From Macrostomum lignano (Eukaryota), in contig NIVC01000713.1 in NCBI GenBank assembly GCA_002269645.1, positions 186,001 to 250,000 of the forward strand: 64,000 nucleotides of DNA. The letters are read 5' to 3'. The notes under the pieces were generated by a model. That model searched no databases, was not told where the DNA came from, and worked only from the letters and a program-made list of their open reading frames with translations. The position numbers and the translations under genes were made by a program. Shown piece by piece: positions 1 through 11,775 of this stretch. Each line of letters opens with the position of its first letter. Position 1 is the first letter of the stretch.

Positions 1-3000
1 GACCACAGCGCACGGACTTGTGCGCCTGACGCAGGGCTCGGGACTGCGCCGCCTTATCTGGGCTCTGGCCATCCTGGGAGCCTGCGTCGGGTTCTCCCTG
101 CATCTTGCAGAGCTCACCCAGCGTTACATCAGCTACCCAGTGAACACCGAGTTCTCCAACGAAGGAGCAGACTTCAAATTTCCTACTGTGACCATCTGCC
201 CGACCAATGAGTTTGCTATGCTTGCGTCAATTTAGAGAGCAACTACTCAATTCCAGGTATGACAGTTTACTATTGTTCTCAGTTTCTGGTCTTAATTTTA
301 CGTGCTTTATCATGCCTTTCAGGGTATAAAAATGTCTTTGGACGATGATGTTTGACGCCCCGTATATTTACTACGTGCTCAGCCAGAAAGATTGGAACAC
401 TTCAGTGTCTGAATATCCATACGAATTTTACCCGGACGGAAAGTTTGCACTTCGATTTTTGGCCTATCGCGGATTCAACTTTGCCCGGGCATACGAAGTC
501 GTGATTTATTGCCGCTACAAGGCTAAGGAATGCACCTACGACAACTTCACTGTGTACAAAGATGAAAAAAAGTGAGCGAAGATAACGTTAACACATGGTT
601 AGAGGTAGAGGTGCTTCAATCAGCGCATATTTACAGTTCAAGATTAGTGAAATAAGATTGAGATTTAAATTATTCAATTTTATGGCGCTCCAGACTGAAG
701 ATGTGACTGCAGTATTACTCGTAAATTGACAAACCAACAATTTTCATCTCGTTCAGCACCTCGGAATGGACATAAAATTTTTCAGTTTCTGGTGCTACTC
801 CTTCAGTCCGTCAAACCGAAGCATCATCAATGTGGGTGAGGGCAGTGGGCTGTACCTGCTGCTCCACCTAAGAGGCGACGCGTTTCTCACTGACGAAGAA
901 CAAATTGACTACGTGCCCGGCTTCCGGGTGGCTCTGCACGAGAACGGTGAGAGAGGCTCTCCTATTTAACCTGTATCTGGGCTCCAAAGTCTGCACAGGG
1001 CCGTGGTGCCGTGCAAAAATGCTATCGAAAATTCATACTTCCTAGTATCAGTTGGACTTTGACAGCAAAATTTTATGTCAGGGACTACTAAAACAGGTGC
1101 TTCATACCTTTGTTTCATGACAGTGTTTACTGCATGGGTATTACTCCAGTAGTCCTTTCGGTTTTTTCACGCCTAGATTTCTATTCACTGTTGCACGATC
1201 GGAGGTGTGCGAACCGTTTTAATTGCTGCTGTCATCGATTATTTGTCTCCCAACACGCAAAGCATCTGGTTTTCAATGGTCTCCATTCTGTTTTTCCATT
1301 TATTTGTATGTTGCTATTTAGGATCATTTTAAAATGGCATAGATATTTTGGAATTTTCCTATATACTAAAAATGAGTTGTCTGTGGGTATGCGATAGATT
1401 TCAGAAAAATGGCTCAACCGATTTTCTTCAAACTTGCACCATTTGATCAGAAATTTTCCTGGGACGGTACATGCATCTTGGCTAAGAAATTGCTCAATTT
1501 TAAAGGGATTAAATATTCGAAAAACATGCTTTTTTGCAAAGTTCAAGCAGCTCTTTCGACCTGAAATGCATTGTAAGAATGCTAGAGAAAAAACTGACTG
1601 GCTGAAGTCCGATTGTGATAAAGATTGCATCACAACAAGTTGAAAACAGAGCCAAAGAAATGCACACACGACTTGATTAAAATTGCGTAACCATATTGCT
1701 AACTTAAATTGAGACTGATACTGGCTTACTGAGAAATTGATAATGTCATAAATTTTTACTCCAATTGACTTGCTGTAAGAATTGAATTATAAGGGCCACA
1801 ATTCATGTTCTCCAATTGAAAAGAGATAGCCAGATGCGAACAGACTGGACCGCTAATGTAGCGACCTGGGTTCGGATCTTAGTAGTGCAAAAAGATTTTT
1901 TATTAAAACACCTTAAAAACACGAAACTGCTAAACATAAAAGAAGCGCAATGTCAAACATATAAGTGGCACCACGTCGAACATTAAAAAGCCACCATGTC
2001 AAACATGAAAAGAGCTACCATGTCAAAAATATACGTGACTACATGTCAAACATATACGCGACTCCATGTCGAACATTAAAGAGCCACAATGCCAAACATA
2101 TACGTGACTGCATGTCTAACATTAAAGAGCCAGCATGTGTAACATAAAAGAGTTACCATGTGAAACATAAAAAAGACATCATGTCAAACATAAAAGAGCC
2201 ACAATCTTAAACATATACGTGACTCCATGTCAAACATTAAACACATAAAAGAGATACCATGCCACACAAAAGGGAGCCACCATGTCAAACATGAAAAAGT
2301 CACCATGTCGAACATTAAACAGCCACCATATCAAACATAAAAGAGCCACCATGTTAAACATATACGTAACTCCATGTCAAACTTTAAAGAGCCACCATGT
2401 CAAACATTGAAAAAGTCACCATGTCGAATCTTAAAGAGCCACCATGTCAAGCATAAAAGAGCCAACATGTCAAACGAGCCACCATGTCAAACATTAAACA
2501 TTAAACAGAAAAGAGGCACCATGTCAAACATAAAAGAGCCACCATTTCAAACATAAAAATGCTACCAAGTAAGACATAAAAGAGCCACCATGTCAAACAT
2601 AAAAGAGACACCATGTCAAACATAGAAGAGCCACCGTGTCAACATAGAAGAGACACCATGTAAAAAATAGAAGAGCCACCATGTCAAACATTAAAGAGCC
2701 ACCATTTCAAACATAAAAGAGCCACCGTTTCAAACATAAAAAGAAGTGTCATGCCAAACAAAATGGAGCCACTATAATGCTATGGAAATTTTTGCACTAG
2801 CTACTTGTTCTCTGGTGGATGCTTGCTATTTAAGGATAGATACTTGCTATCAGGTGGATGCTTGCTTTCTGAGGGATGCTTGCTATCCGAGGGATGCTTG
2901 CTACTGGGGTTACCTGCTATTGGGAGATGCTTGCTCTTGGGGGATGGAGGGTACTTGCTATCTGAGAGCGGGTTGCTAGATATCTATATGGTCTCTTTTT

Positions 3001-6000
3001 ATCCAGGTTATGCTTGCTATCTGGGGTTGCTTGCGGTCTAGAGGATGCTTGCTATCTGGGGGATGCTTGCTATCTGGGGGATGCTTGCTATCTGGGGGAT
3101 GCTTGCTATCTGGGGGATGCTTGCCATCTGGGGGATGCTTGATATCTGGGGTCTGGGGGATGTCTGCTATCTGGGGTCTGGGGATGCTTGCTATCTGAGG
3201 GATGCTTGCTATCTGGGGTTACTTGCTATCTGGGGGATGCTTGCAGTCTGGGGGATGCTTGCTATTTGGGGATCAATGCTTGAATGCTCTCTGGGGATGC
3301 TTGCTGTCTTGGGATGTTTTGTTTTTAGAGGGAATGTCTGTTGTTTTTCGAACATAAAAGAGCCACCATGTAGAATATTAAAGAGCAACCATGTCAAACA
3401 TTTAAGAGCCACCATATCAAACATTTAAGAGCCACCATGTCAAACATATAAGTGACTTTATGTCAAACATAGAAGTGACTTATGTCAAACATTGAAGAGC
3501 CGCCATGTCAAACAATAAAGAGCCACCATGTCAAACAATAAAGAGCCACCATTTCGAACATAAAAGATGCACAATTTCAAACGTAAAAGTAAGCGAATTT
3601 TAAAGGAGCCACTATAATGCTAAGGAAATTGTCGCACTAGCTACATATTGTCTGGGGGATGCTTGCTATTTGGGGATCAATGCTTGAATGCTCTCTGGGG
3701 ATGCTTGCTGTCTTGGGATGTTTTGTTTTTAGAGGGAATGTCTGTTGTTTTTCGAACATAAAAGAGCCACCATGTAGAATATTAAAGAGCAACCATGTCA
3801 AACATTTAAGAGCCACCAAATCAAACATTTAAGAGCCACCATGTCAAACATATAAGTGACTTTATGTCAAACATAGAAGTGACTTTATGTCAAACATTGA
3901 AGAGCCGCCATGTCAAACAATAAAGAGCCACCATGTCAAACAATAAAGAGCCACCATTTAGAACATAAAAGATGCACAATTTCAAACGTAAAAGTAAGCG
4001 AATTTTAAAGGAGCCACTATAATGCTAAGGAAATTGTCGCACTAGCTACATATTGTCTGGTGGATGCTTGCTATTTGGGGATGCTATCTATCTGGGGGAT
4101 GCTTACTATTTGGGGGATGCTTGGTATCTGGGGGATGCTTGCTATCTGGGGGATGCTTGCTGTCTTGGGATGATTTCTTTTTGCATTGCACTTCATTTGA
4201 GTATTTTGTCTGTTTTCGTTGTGAAGGCTTTATTTGGCTATCTTTTTGTTACTTGTAGAGAACAGAGATTCTATACAGATGTCCCCCAACGGGGGGCGAA
4301 GATTGCTAGTATAAAAATCTAAAAAACACAGCCCTTTTATACACTAATCGCAGGCTTCAAGCCCAATATGAAGCTGGGATTCAACGCACCCTACGGCTAC
4401 AAAACTTCTGCCCAGGTAACAGCCGAGACCGTCACCAAAGTCAACCGCAAAGGCACACCGTGCAGCAGTGAACTGCCGAATGTCACCTACACGATGAACT
4501 ACTCATGGCCTGGAAACCTTGAGAATCAGAGCTTCTTGAGCAGCACAGAAGACTGTGTGACGCGGCTCAAGCAGGAGGAGTTCAAGGAGACGTGTGGCTG
4601 CCTCAGCGCGAAGCTGGCTCTGCCCAGCGATCTCATGGATGGCACGAAAATTTGTCATAGCCTGCCGGAAGAAGCAAGTCCTAGTAGCTCGTACCATTTT
4701 TCTGCATGAGAAGGCTTCTATTGCTTTTGATAAATACATCTGAAATACGATAATGCTTTGAGTCTGTCTCAGTGGCGTCCTGTTTAAAGTAGTCCTCTGA
4801 ATCAGACGTGCCAACTCACTTCCGGTGCCAACCTAAACTTGATTTTTCAGTATTTAATGAAGAGCCGCCGCTACCAACGCAACAAGTTCGGTCTGATTGA
4901 GTACGTCATAGCACAAAATGAGTCATTAATATACGAGTCACTCACCGAATACGTCCTTAAGCACTGGCGCTTATTCAACAACACCAAAAATCTCGTTGAC
5001 TGCTATCACCGCGTCGATGACCGCCAGAATGCCGATGGAGTTCGAGCTAACCAGTGCCCAGTTCGCTGCAGCAACACCCGCTACAAGGTAGTCACTACCC
5101 TGACCAACTGGCCAAAGAACGTGACATTAGCAAGGGACATTCTTAGACGCAGCGCGAGCGCCATCCTTGCACGAATTAACGGCACAGGCCTGTCGGGACG
5201 TCGACTGGAAGTGTTGCGGGACTCTGCACACGCATCCATGAACCAGATGGTCAACCTGTCTGCTAATGATCTTCAATCGTCCAGGGACTTTATCAGCGTG
5301 CTGGACGTGTACCCAGCGTCCACCAAGACCAGCGTCTTCACTGAGTCGTTTGCCTACCAGCTACGGAGCCTGTTCTCCGACCTGGGCGGCATTCTGGGTG
5401 AGTCCCGGTATCTTATTATCTTATGGAGTTGCCAAAAAGATGTCGCATTCACTAGCTTTACAGTAGCTTTACAGAAAGGAGGTATTTATTTTTCAACACA
5501 AAATTGTTATCTCTTTTGATAGGAGGCAACTTTTGACATGTTTCGCCTTTCTTAGTGGTCTATTGCTATTCATAGAGCTTTTCGTTTAGAAAATATCCTA
5601 CGTATGCATCCAGTGCCTCAAATAATAAAAATGGCCACAGCTGGACTCAGTGGTTTTTAAGTCTATGCGAATTATTCAACTATACCCAAATACCACTGTA
5701 GTATAACAGGACGTAAAACTCAAAGAAGCAATTTTATTGCATGAAAAATCAAATTCCTTTTTCTTGATTCATGAAGGAAACAGCATACAAAGGAAAACTT
5801 CACTGCACAACTATATAAAATACGAGTGATAAAGAGTAACATGCCGTGCATTCTAAATTAAGGGAATGGTAATCTTGATTGCCCCAGATCAAATGCAACT
5901 ATTGATTTTGTGAGGAAACAATGAAAATTTTCTATATCCACAGTGCATTTTTTTCGGGAAATCGGCCTCCTAAAAATTGCACGATCTTTGAGTTTTACGT

Positions 6001-6257
6001 CCTACTATACGTACTACAGTGGTGCTTGTCTCCAGATGGCTTGTGCTGAAAAGTTCCGACCACAACCAAATGCAGGCCTGTGGGTCGGAGTGTCAATCAT
6101 CACCCTGCTAGAGGTGCTGGAGCTCGTCATTCATCTGGTCCAACTGGCAGCGCTGAAACTGACGGGAACGGCGAAAAAATCACCCCGGAGCACCGAAATC
6201 CAACTGCAAGCGGACAACGGTGCAGTCAGCAAGTCCGAAGTGTCGATATCCTTTTAA
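1..6257 (+). CDS. DEG/ENaC/ASIC-family sodium channel, 5'-partial. Exons approx. <1-~210, ~323-571, 786-946, 4354-4673, 4851-5397, 6076-6257
   Basis: Motifs seen: N-terminal HG (TTAHGL), TM1 (LIWALAILGACVGFSLHL), FPTVTIC, NFWCYSF, GFRVALHE, a Cys-rich thumb (CVTRLKQEEFKETCGC; CPVRC) and TM2 LFSDLGGILGLWVGVSIITLLE with the GxS filter. Junction phases match at 571/786, 946/4354, 4673/4851 and 5397/6076. The exon 1/2 junction (210-345) cannot be put in frame without an indel. Confidence 0.93.
1930..2765. repeat. A-rich ~21-22 bp minisatellite (AAAGAGCCACCATGTCAAACAT) in ENaC intron 3
   Basis: Degenerate tandem copies are visible; the motif recurs at 3350-3600 and 3755-4000. Confidence 0.9.
2805..3310. 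repeat. 18-bp minisatellite (CTGGGGGATGCTTGCTAT)
   Basis: Tandem copies generate the MLAIWG/GGCLLS repeat ORFs; the motif recurs at 3650-3720 and 4055-4170. Confidence 0.92.
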
Positions 6258-7649
6258 CAGAGTCGAAAATGCTTCGCAGCTGCACAGAGCACCAACTGAG
6301 TTCGATAAATTCTGGTAGCCCCCTTGTGTAAAATTAAAAAAGCAGCAAAAATACTCAGAGATTTATATAATGTTGTTGTAAGCAGTCTTTTACAGTCTGT
6401 CAAAAGAGCCCCTGAGATACCGCGATCACAATGAGTAAGTGGCAAAATATGAGCGTACTTGTACAGTTTTTCTAGTCTTAAGAACAAATTGTTTCAATTT
6501 TCCTACCGTTATGCCTAGCTACTGATTTTTTAGACTTTATTTCTATTTTTATTACAATTTCTATATTCATAGAATTGCATATTTCGAGCGATACACATGT
6601 ATGAGCATATCCTCTACAAATCTTATTTTATACAGTACACCGATGCTAAACTCAATGCTACACATTGAGCTACACTCGATGTTACATTCTGTGCTACACT
6701 CAACGTTTTACTCTCTGCTAAATGCTACAATTTAGTTTACATTCTACGCTACACTCTGTCGCAGTCCATGCTACACAAACTACACTGCATTCTGTTGTTA
6801 CACTCTGCCCATATCTATCCGCTTGCATATGAAGCTACTCTGCACTACTTTTTATGCACTAATTGGAATTGCCTGTGGCAGTTATTCATACCCTAACTAA
6901 TCAGTTAGCATGATGACTGGCTAAATCCTATGAAGCTACAAAGCAAATGCTTATTACTAAACGACAGAGGTTAATACCGCTTGAGCAGCCAACCATCTGA
7001 GGTGCCTACTGCCGGGCTGATGCATCTCTCTCTCGATGTCGGAAGGCTAATTTACTCTGGTCCAAAACCATAAATTTTATTCCGTTTAGCCTGAGCCCAC
7101 AAAGGAGTGACTCCAGCCCGCCTCTACGCGCTAAAACTATAAAAGCTTTGGTCAGGAGTTGCTTCTCCCAGCTTCTGGTGTAAGTTCTCCTTGGGCTGGT
7201 CCACTAATAAATGCCGACAAAATCCCGGATATTTGGCCAGTCTGCTTCTATCCCTGACTTTGCCTCTCCCCTCCCTCCGGTTGCTCCGCTCATTAAACGT
7301 GTCAAAGGGCTCCTAGTTTTGTCCTCTAAAATTCCACTAATGCCACCAAGTTGTTACGGGGGTTTTATTTTAGAGCATAGATCTTAGAATAAGGACTGCG
7401 TGTTGTTCTTAGTAGATATCTGATTAATTTACTGAGTATATGCCTGAGTAGTATCTGTCTGAGTATATATCTGCGATTTTTCGTTCTTTATTGGTAGCGT
7501 TCCTATTATGCACTGGTAGCGTTCCATGTAAATCTAAGGGATACAAGTTATAAGAGATATAAAAGCACTCTTGTATTGCAAAAATAGTGGAGAAATCCCT
7601 AACTTTTTTATCGTTAGGCATGTACACTTCCTGTGCCTTGTGAGTTAGT

Positions 7650-7788
7650 CCTCAAGGGCGTTAATTTCTCGAGCAGAGCGAAGCCGAGATTCCAATTTAG
7701 CCCCAAATTAATGCGACTGCACTGGGAATCGAGCCTGGGTCGCAGGCACATCAGAGCGCCGCGCTGGACCACTGGGCTACGGCTCCCT
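7650..7788 (-). mobile_element. tRNA-derived SINE, family 1, copy A (3'-truncated)
   Basis: The reverse complement has A-box TAGCCCAGTGG and B-box-like GGCTCGATTCCC, then AGTGCAGTCGCATTAATTTGGGGCTAAATTGGAATCTCGGCTT, which is shared with 37253-37567. Confidence 0.8.
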
Positions 7789-9393
7789 CAAGCCCTAAAG
7801 AACGTGCATAGACGCTCGTGAAATTTCGAGCTTGTGGATTTTTAAGCTTGAGAATGCAACCTCATGAGCTACTGACTCATCGGGTTAAGGTTAGCGATTG
7901 TTGTGGACCTTGATCAATTCTTGCACAACTGGGGGATCGTTCCGTACCAGTCTGTAAATTTTAAAGAAACTGACACTGCTGATGCCATCAACATCGGATT
8001 GCGAAGCCAGTGCTATAATATTAACTTGTTCCAGAATATATTTTAACTCGTGAAATCTTATATGCTCCAGACAATGAACTACAGGAGTCCATGTCTATGC
8101 TCATGGTTTCAAATAAAAAATTACAACAAAAACAAGAATACAGTAAATCAGTTTTCTGAGTTTTGCTCCTACTATAGCTGTTAAAATTGTGCCGATCGCG
8201 CTTCAAACACTGCAGCTCCGACTGCGACTTGCAGCTACTTGCACCGATTTTGCGGTCAGATGCGAAGCCTCGAGGACGAGAACACAAATCGACGCTTCAT
8301 AGCCAGCATAAAAACGTTTCTCAGAATCTCCTTTTGCACAAACTGGTCAGGATAACCTGGAGCAGCTTCAACAGGTAAGAAGTTGCGCTCCTCGACTGCA
8401 TCTGGCTGGGCCGTCTTGTCTTCCATCTGCTCCGGATAGGCTTGAACAGAATGACTCTCTGAAATGTTTTTTCGAATATAAGATTGCATGTAAATTCATG
8501 TTGACCATTTTACACCTGATGCTCATACATGTAGATAGTACATGTATATCTGATATAGTCGTAAAGACTGCTTCTCTATACAACGCCGATCGATCGCTGG
8601 CTGAGGCCCTCAATTCTGTAATGTACTGTACAAGCGAGCGCAACTGAGACTATATTGTCATAAAACCATGCGGGATGGCTGCGGAACTGAATATCCTGCT
8701 GCTGAAGTTGCATGGGCGTGACGGACGCAAAAGGTCCTGCGCCGATCGGCCCTTTAAAAGTGCGATGCGATAACCCGTTAGTTGTAGTTAATATCTGTTA
8801 ATATACTCACGGTGTACCGGAGCAAGCAGAAGGAGGCCGACCAGAGTCCACCAAATCCAACGGTGACTGTCCGTTTGGTGGGGGTGCATAATGTCGATTC
8901 AATGGAGAACTATTGATATTTTCTGAACTGTTGAACTTGATTTCAGAACGAGATAGAAATTTCCACCCTTAGCTCGATGCCTTTGTCTTATATAGAGTAC
9001 CGCGGTTGAAAATTGGCCTGTGAGCCAGTTCGACGCACAAAAGGAGCCGATGTTTGCACCTGGCATCCAAGCACAAGGCAACTTCTTTGACTTTGATGCC
9101 CTCTCGCTGTTTGATGGCTCAGGTGATCGAGAGGCTGAAATCATTTTAGCAAGGGACCATTTCAACGGGTAGCATAATTGCAAATACATATGCAATTGGT
9201 GCAGCTGGCTCTCCCTTCGCAATTGGGATCGTCTGTGCAAGAGCAGAAAATTGGCTACCTAACAACCGGCAAATCCTGCCGGTGTAACAGCCTTTGCGTC
9301 ATCAGTATGACTCAGAAATGCTAGGTGAAAATTTTCAGAAGCCAGGATAGAAGCCGCTTCTAGAGTCCTGAAACGCATCGCGGCCATGCGTCA

Positions 9394-9655
9394 GGGTCCG
9401 TAGCCTAGTGGTCAAGCGCAGCGCTCCTATACTAATGGCCTATATGCTCAATTCCAAGTGCAATCACATTTATTTGGAGCTAGGATTTGAATCGCGGCTT
9501 GTTGGATCTGTTCGTGAAACTAACGCCCTTGATGGCCAACCCCCAAAGGCTGTACACTCCTGTGTGTGTGCCTACATGTACGTGTACGTATCCGCGCGTT
9601 TGTGTGCCTGATCAGGGGAGTCGGCGGAATGGACAGTAATGCCTGTCGCCGCGTT
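9394..9655 (+). mobile_element. tRNA-derived SINE, family 1, copy B (diverged)
   Basis: A-box TAGCCTAGTGG. The body GCTGTACACTCCTGTGTG...CGTACGTATCCGCGCGTTTG...GTCGGCGGAA is shared with copy C. Confidence 0.75.
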
Positions 9656-10080
9656 TGTGTGACAATATGCAGGATTGACATTCAGTTTTGAGTGCGTAAA
9701 TGTCTTGGCCACGAGTGCGCGAAGCGCACGAGTGCCATAGACATTGACATATGGCCAAGCATTCTTAAATTGCTGACACTATTCATTGTCTATGGCCAAA
9801 AAGCAATCCTTCACCCATAACGCGACTGTGCAGTAAATCCCAAGCCGTGCTGTAAATTCCCGCACGTATTCAACTTATTAAATTTATTTAAGTCTACCTG
9901 AGCTACTGGTCTAATTCTACCTGAGCTAATGAGCTAATCCTGCCTAAGCTACTATCTCAGTACCTGAGCTACTGACCCAATTCTACCTGAGCTACTGGTC
10001 TAATTCTACCTGAGCTACTGAGAAAATTCTAAGAACTCAAGAATTCAAGAATGTCAAGTCAAGAGTCCTGAAGTATGTAA

Positions 10081-10232
10081 GTCAAGAATATTGGCAACGC
10101 ACTCGGTCGGGACGCCTGTGATGATGTGAAGGAGGCGCTGATGATCGAGACTGCTAAAAACTGCCCCGTAGTGGCGCTCCGAATGTATCTAGGTAAACGG
10201 CGCGAGTCTTTGCCTGGAAGTTCGGCTTCAAC
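10081..10232 (+). repeat. 152-bp inverted duplicate of recombinase coding sequence (reverse complement of 10873-11024)
   Basis: Direct comparison gives 151/152 identical positions. Confidence 0.95.
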
Positions 10233-10382
10233 TATGGCTATGGCAAAACTTTAACATGGTTTGTCAGTGTGTATTTTTCAGTAACAATTTAACGAAACAA
10301 CAGTACTGCAAAAAACTGTATGACAGGCCTGCGTCACTTTCGCCGTATTGTCCATATTAAAGTAGATGTAAAAAAGGTACCG

Positions 10383-11775
10383 TCATTTTGGCAAATTAAA
10401 GGTGCACCCACTCACGTTCCCATGAAAGTTGAGTGTCAAGGTGACCTGTCGTAGCTCGGCATGGTTGTCGCTGTTAGCCACAGCGCGCTCTGCTGGCATA
10501 GACGTCTCCATTCGATTTGTGCCGTCCATGAATGAGTTCGCTCCATACAGCGATGAATGCAGTGTGCTGCATATGGACCGCATCTCGGATGTGCGTCGAC
10601 TTCCTAATTGCAGATACCGTTCGACTGTTTTCACCTGCTTGTGACCAGTCACTTTACAGATATCGGCATTCGAGTAACCAGCATCAGACAACTCCTTGAT
10701 GACAGTCGGACGGACACAATGGGCCGTGTAGCGCTTGCTTAAACTGGCAGCCTCCGATATATTGGTCATCATGGTTGCTAGGGTGTTCACACCAAGCGCT
10801 TGCGAAGCGCAATACCAGTTCGAGTTCTTCCACCTGATCGTTTTTGGTTTCAAGAAAAACGGTGCAGTGCACGTTGAAGCCGAACTTCCAGGCAAAGACT
10901 CGCGCCGTTTACCTAGATACATTCGGAGCGCCACTACGGGGCAGTTTTTAGCAGTCTCGATCATCAGCGCCTCCTTCACATCATCACAGGCGTCCCGACC
11001 GAGTGCGTTGCCAACATTCTTGACTTTTCCAGCCAGCAGGCGCACTGCTTGCTTACCATCTGACCTCGTCTCAAACACGAAGCTGTCTTCCTTCAGGTTC
11101 CTCAGCCATTCGCGACCACGATTACCGAAATAGTAAATCATGTTGTAATATACCTCTTGCAGCAGAGTCGTTGGAGACTGCCTGTCAAAGTAGCGCGATA
11201 ACTTTTGCATGTCTTCCAGTTCAATAGCTTGAATATGCTTCGCGCGGCCGCCCTAGAAAATAAACTTCCGAGCCATAGCCTTCAGAGTCGCGTTCGCAGT
11301 ATAGAAGGCATCGCCCTCAATGATGTTCAGTTGCCTGACACGCATCAAGTAGCGGTAGATGGCCGCACGAATGCAGATTAGCGTCGCGGGTGAATAAAAT
11401 CCGCCGTCAGGCTTACGAGCCGTGCCGTAGAACACTCGCAGCACACGGTTGACATCCTCCGGCTCAGCCGTCAGCAGGTCAATTTTTAATGACGGATTTG
11501 AATCCATGAAGGCCAACAGCCTTTTGACGTACTGATCAGTCTGTCGTCTGGTATTGTTACTCGCTACACTGTCTTCTAGGTCGTTGATAGCTTTTTCGAG
11601 GTCTTCAACGTTGGGCACGCAGTCGAACATGCCATCCAGGTCAATATCCTCGGGCAGCACAAACTCTCCATCTCCATTTGACGGTTGCTCGACCGGACGC
11701 TCGTCTATTTGCTTTTCCATAAACCGCTCCTCGGTTTGCTGTTGAAGGAGAATGTCAATCTGTGATGATGACAAC
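10383..11775 (-). pseudogene. Crypton (CryptonA/DUF3504-like) tyrosine recombinase, main body. It has one in-frame TAG at 11253-11255 and is separated from its N-terminus by the P element
   Basis: Catalytic motifs: GNRGRE (R), YTAHCVR (HxxR), TGHK (H), VERY (Y). Also seen are KPDGGFYSPATLICIRAAIYRYL and a C-terminal FHGNVSGCTFN. ORFs 11253..11819 and 10383..11210 are in the same frame, with 14 open codons between them. Confidence 0.88.

Noticed and set aside
1930-4000. Many copies of the Kozak consensus GCCACCATG in the satellite
   Set aside because: The array is intronic and the downstream frames are short and repetitive, so this is most likely coincidence.
7180-7345. Possible LTR end plus PBS on the minus strand (CCCCGTAACA-ACTTGGTGGCA)
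   Set aside because: No partner LTR or recognisable gag sequence was found.
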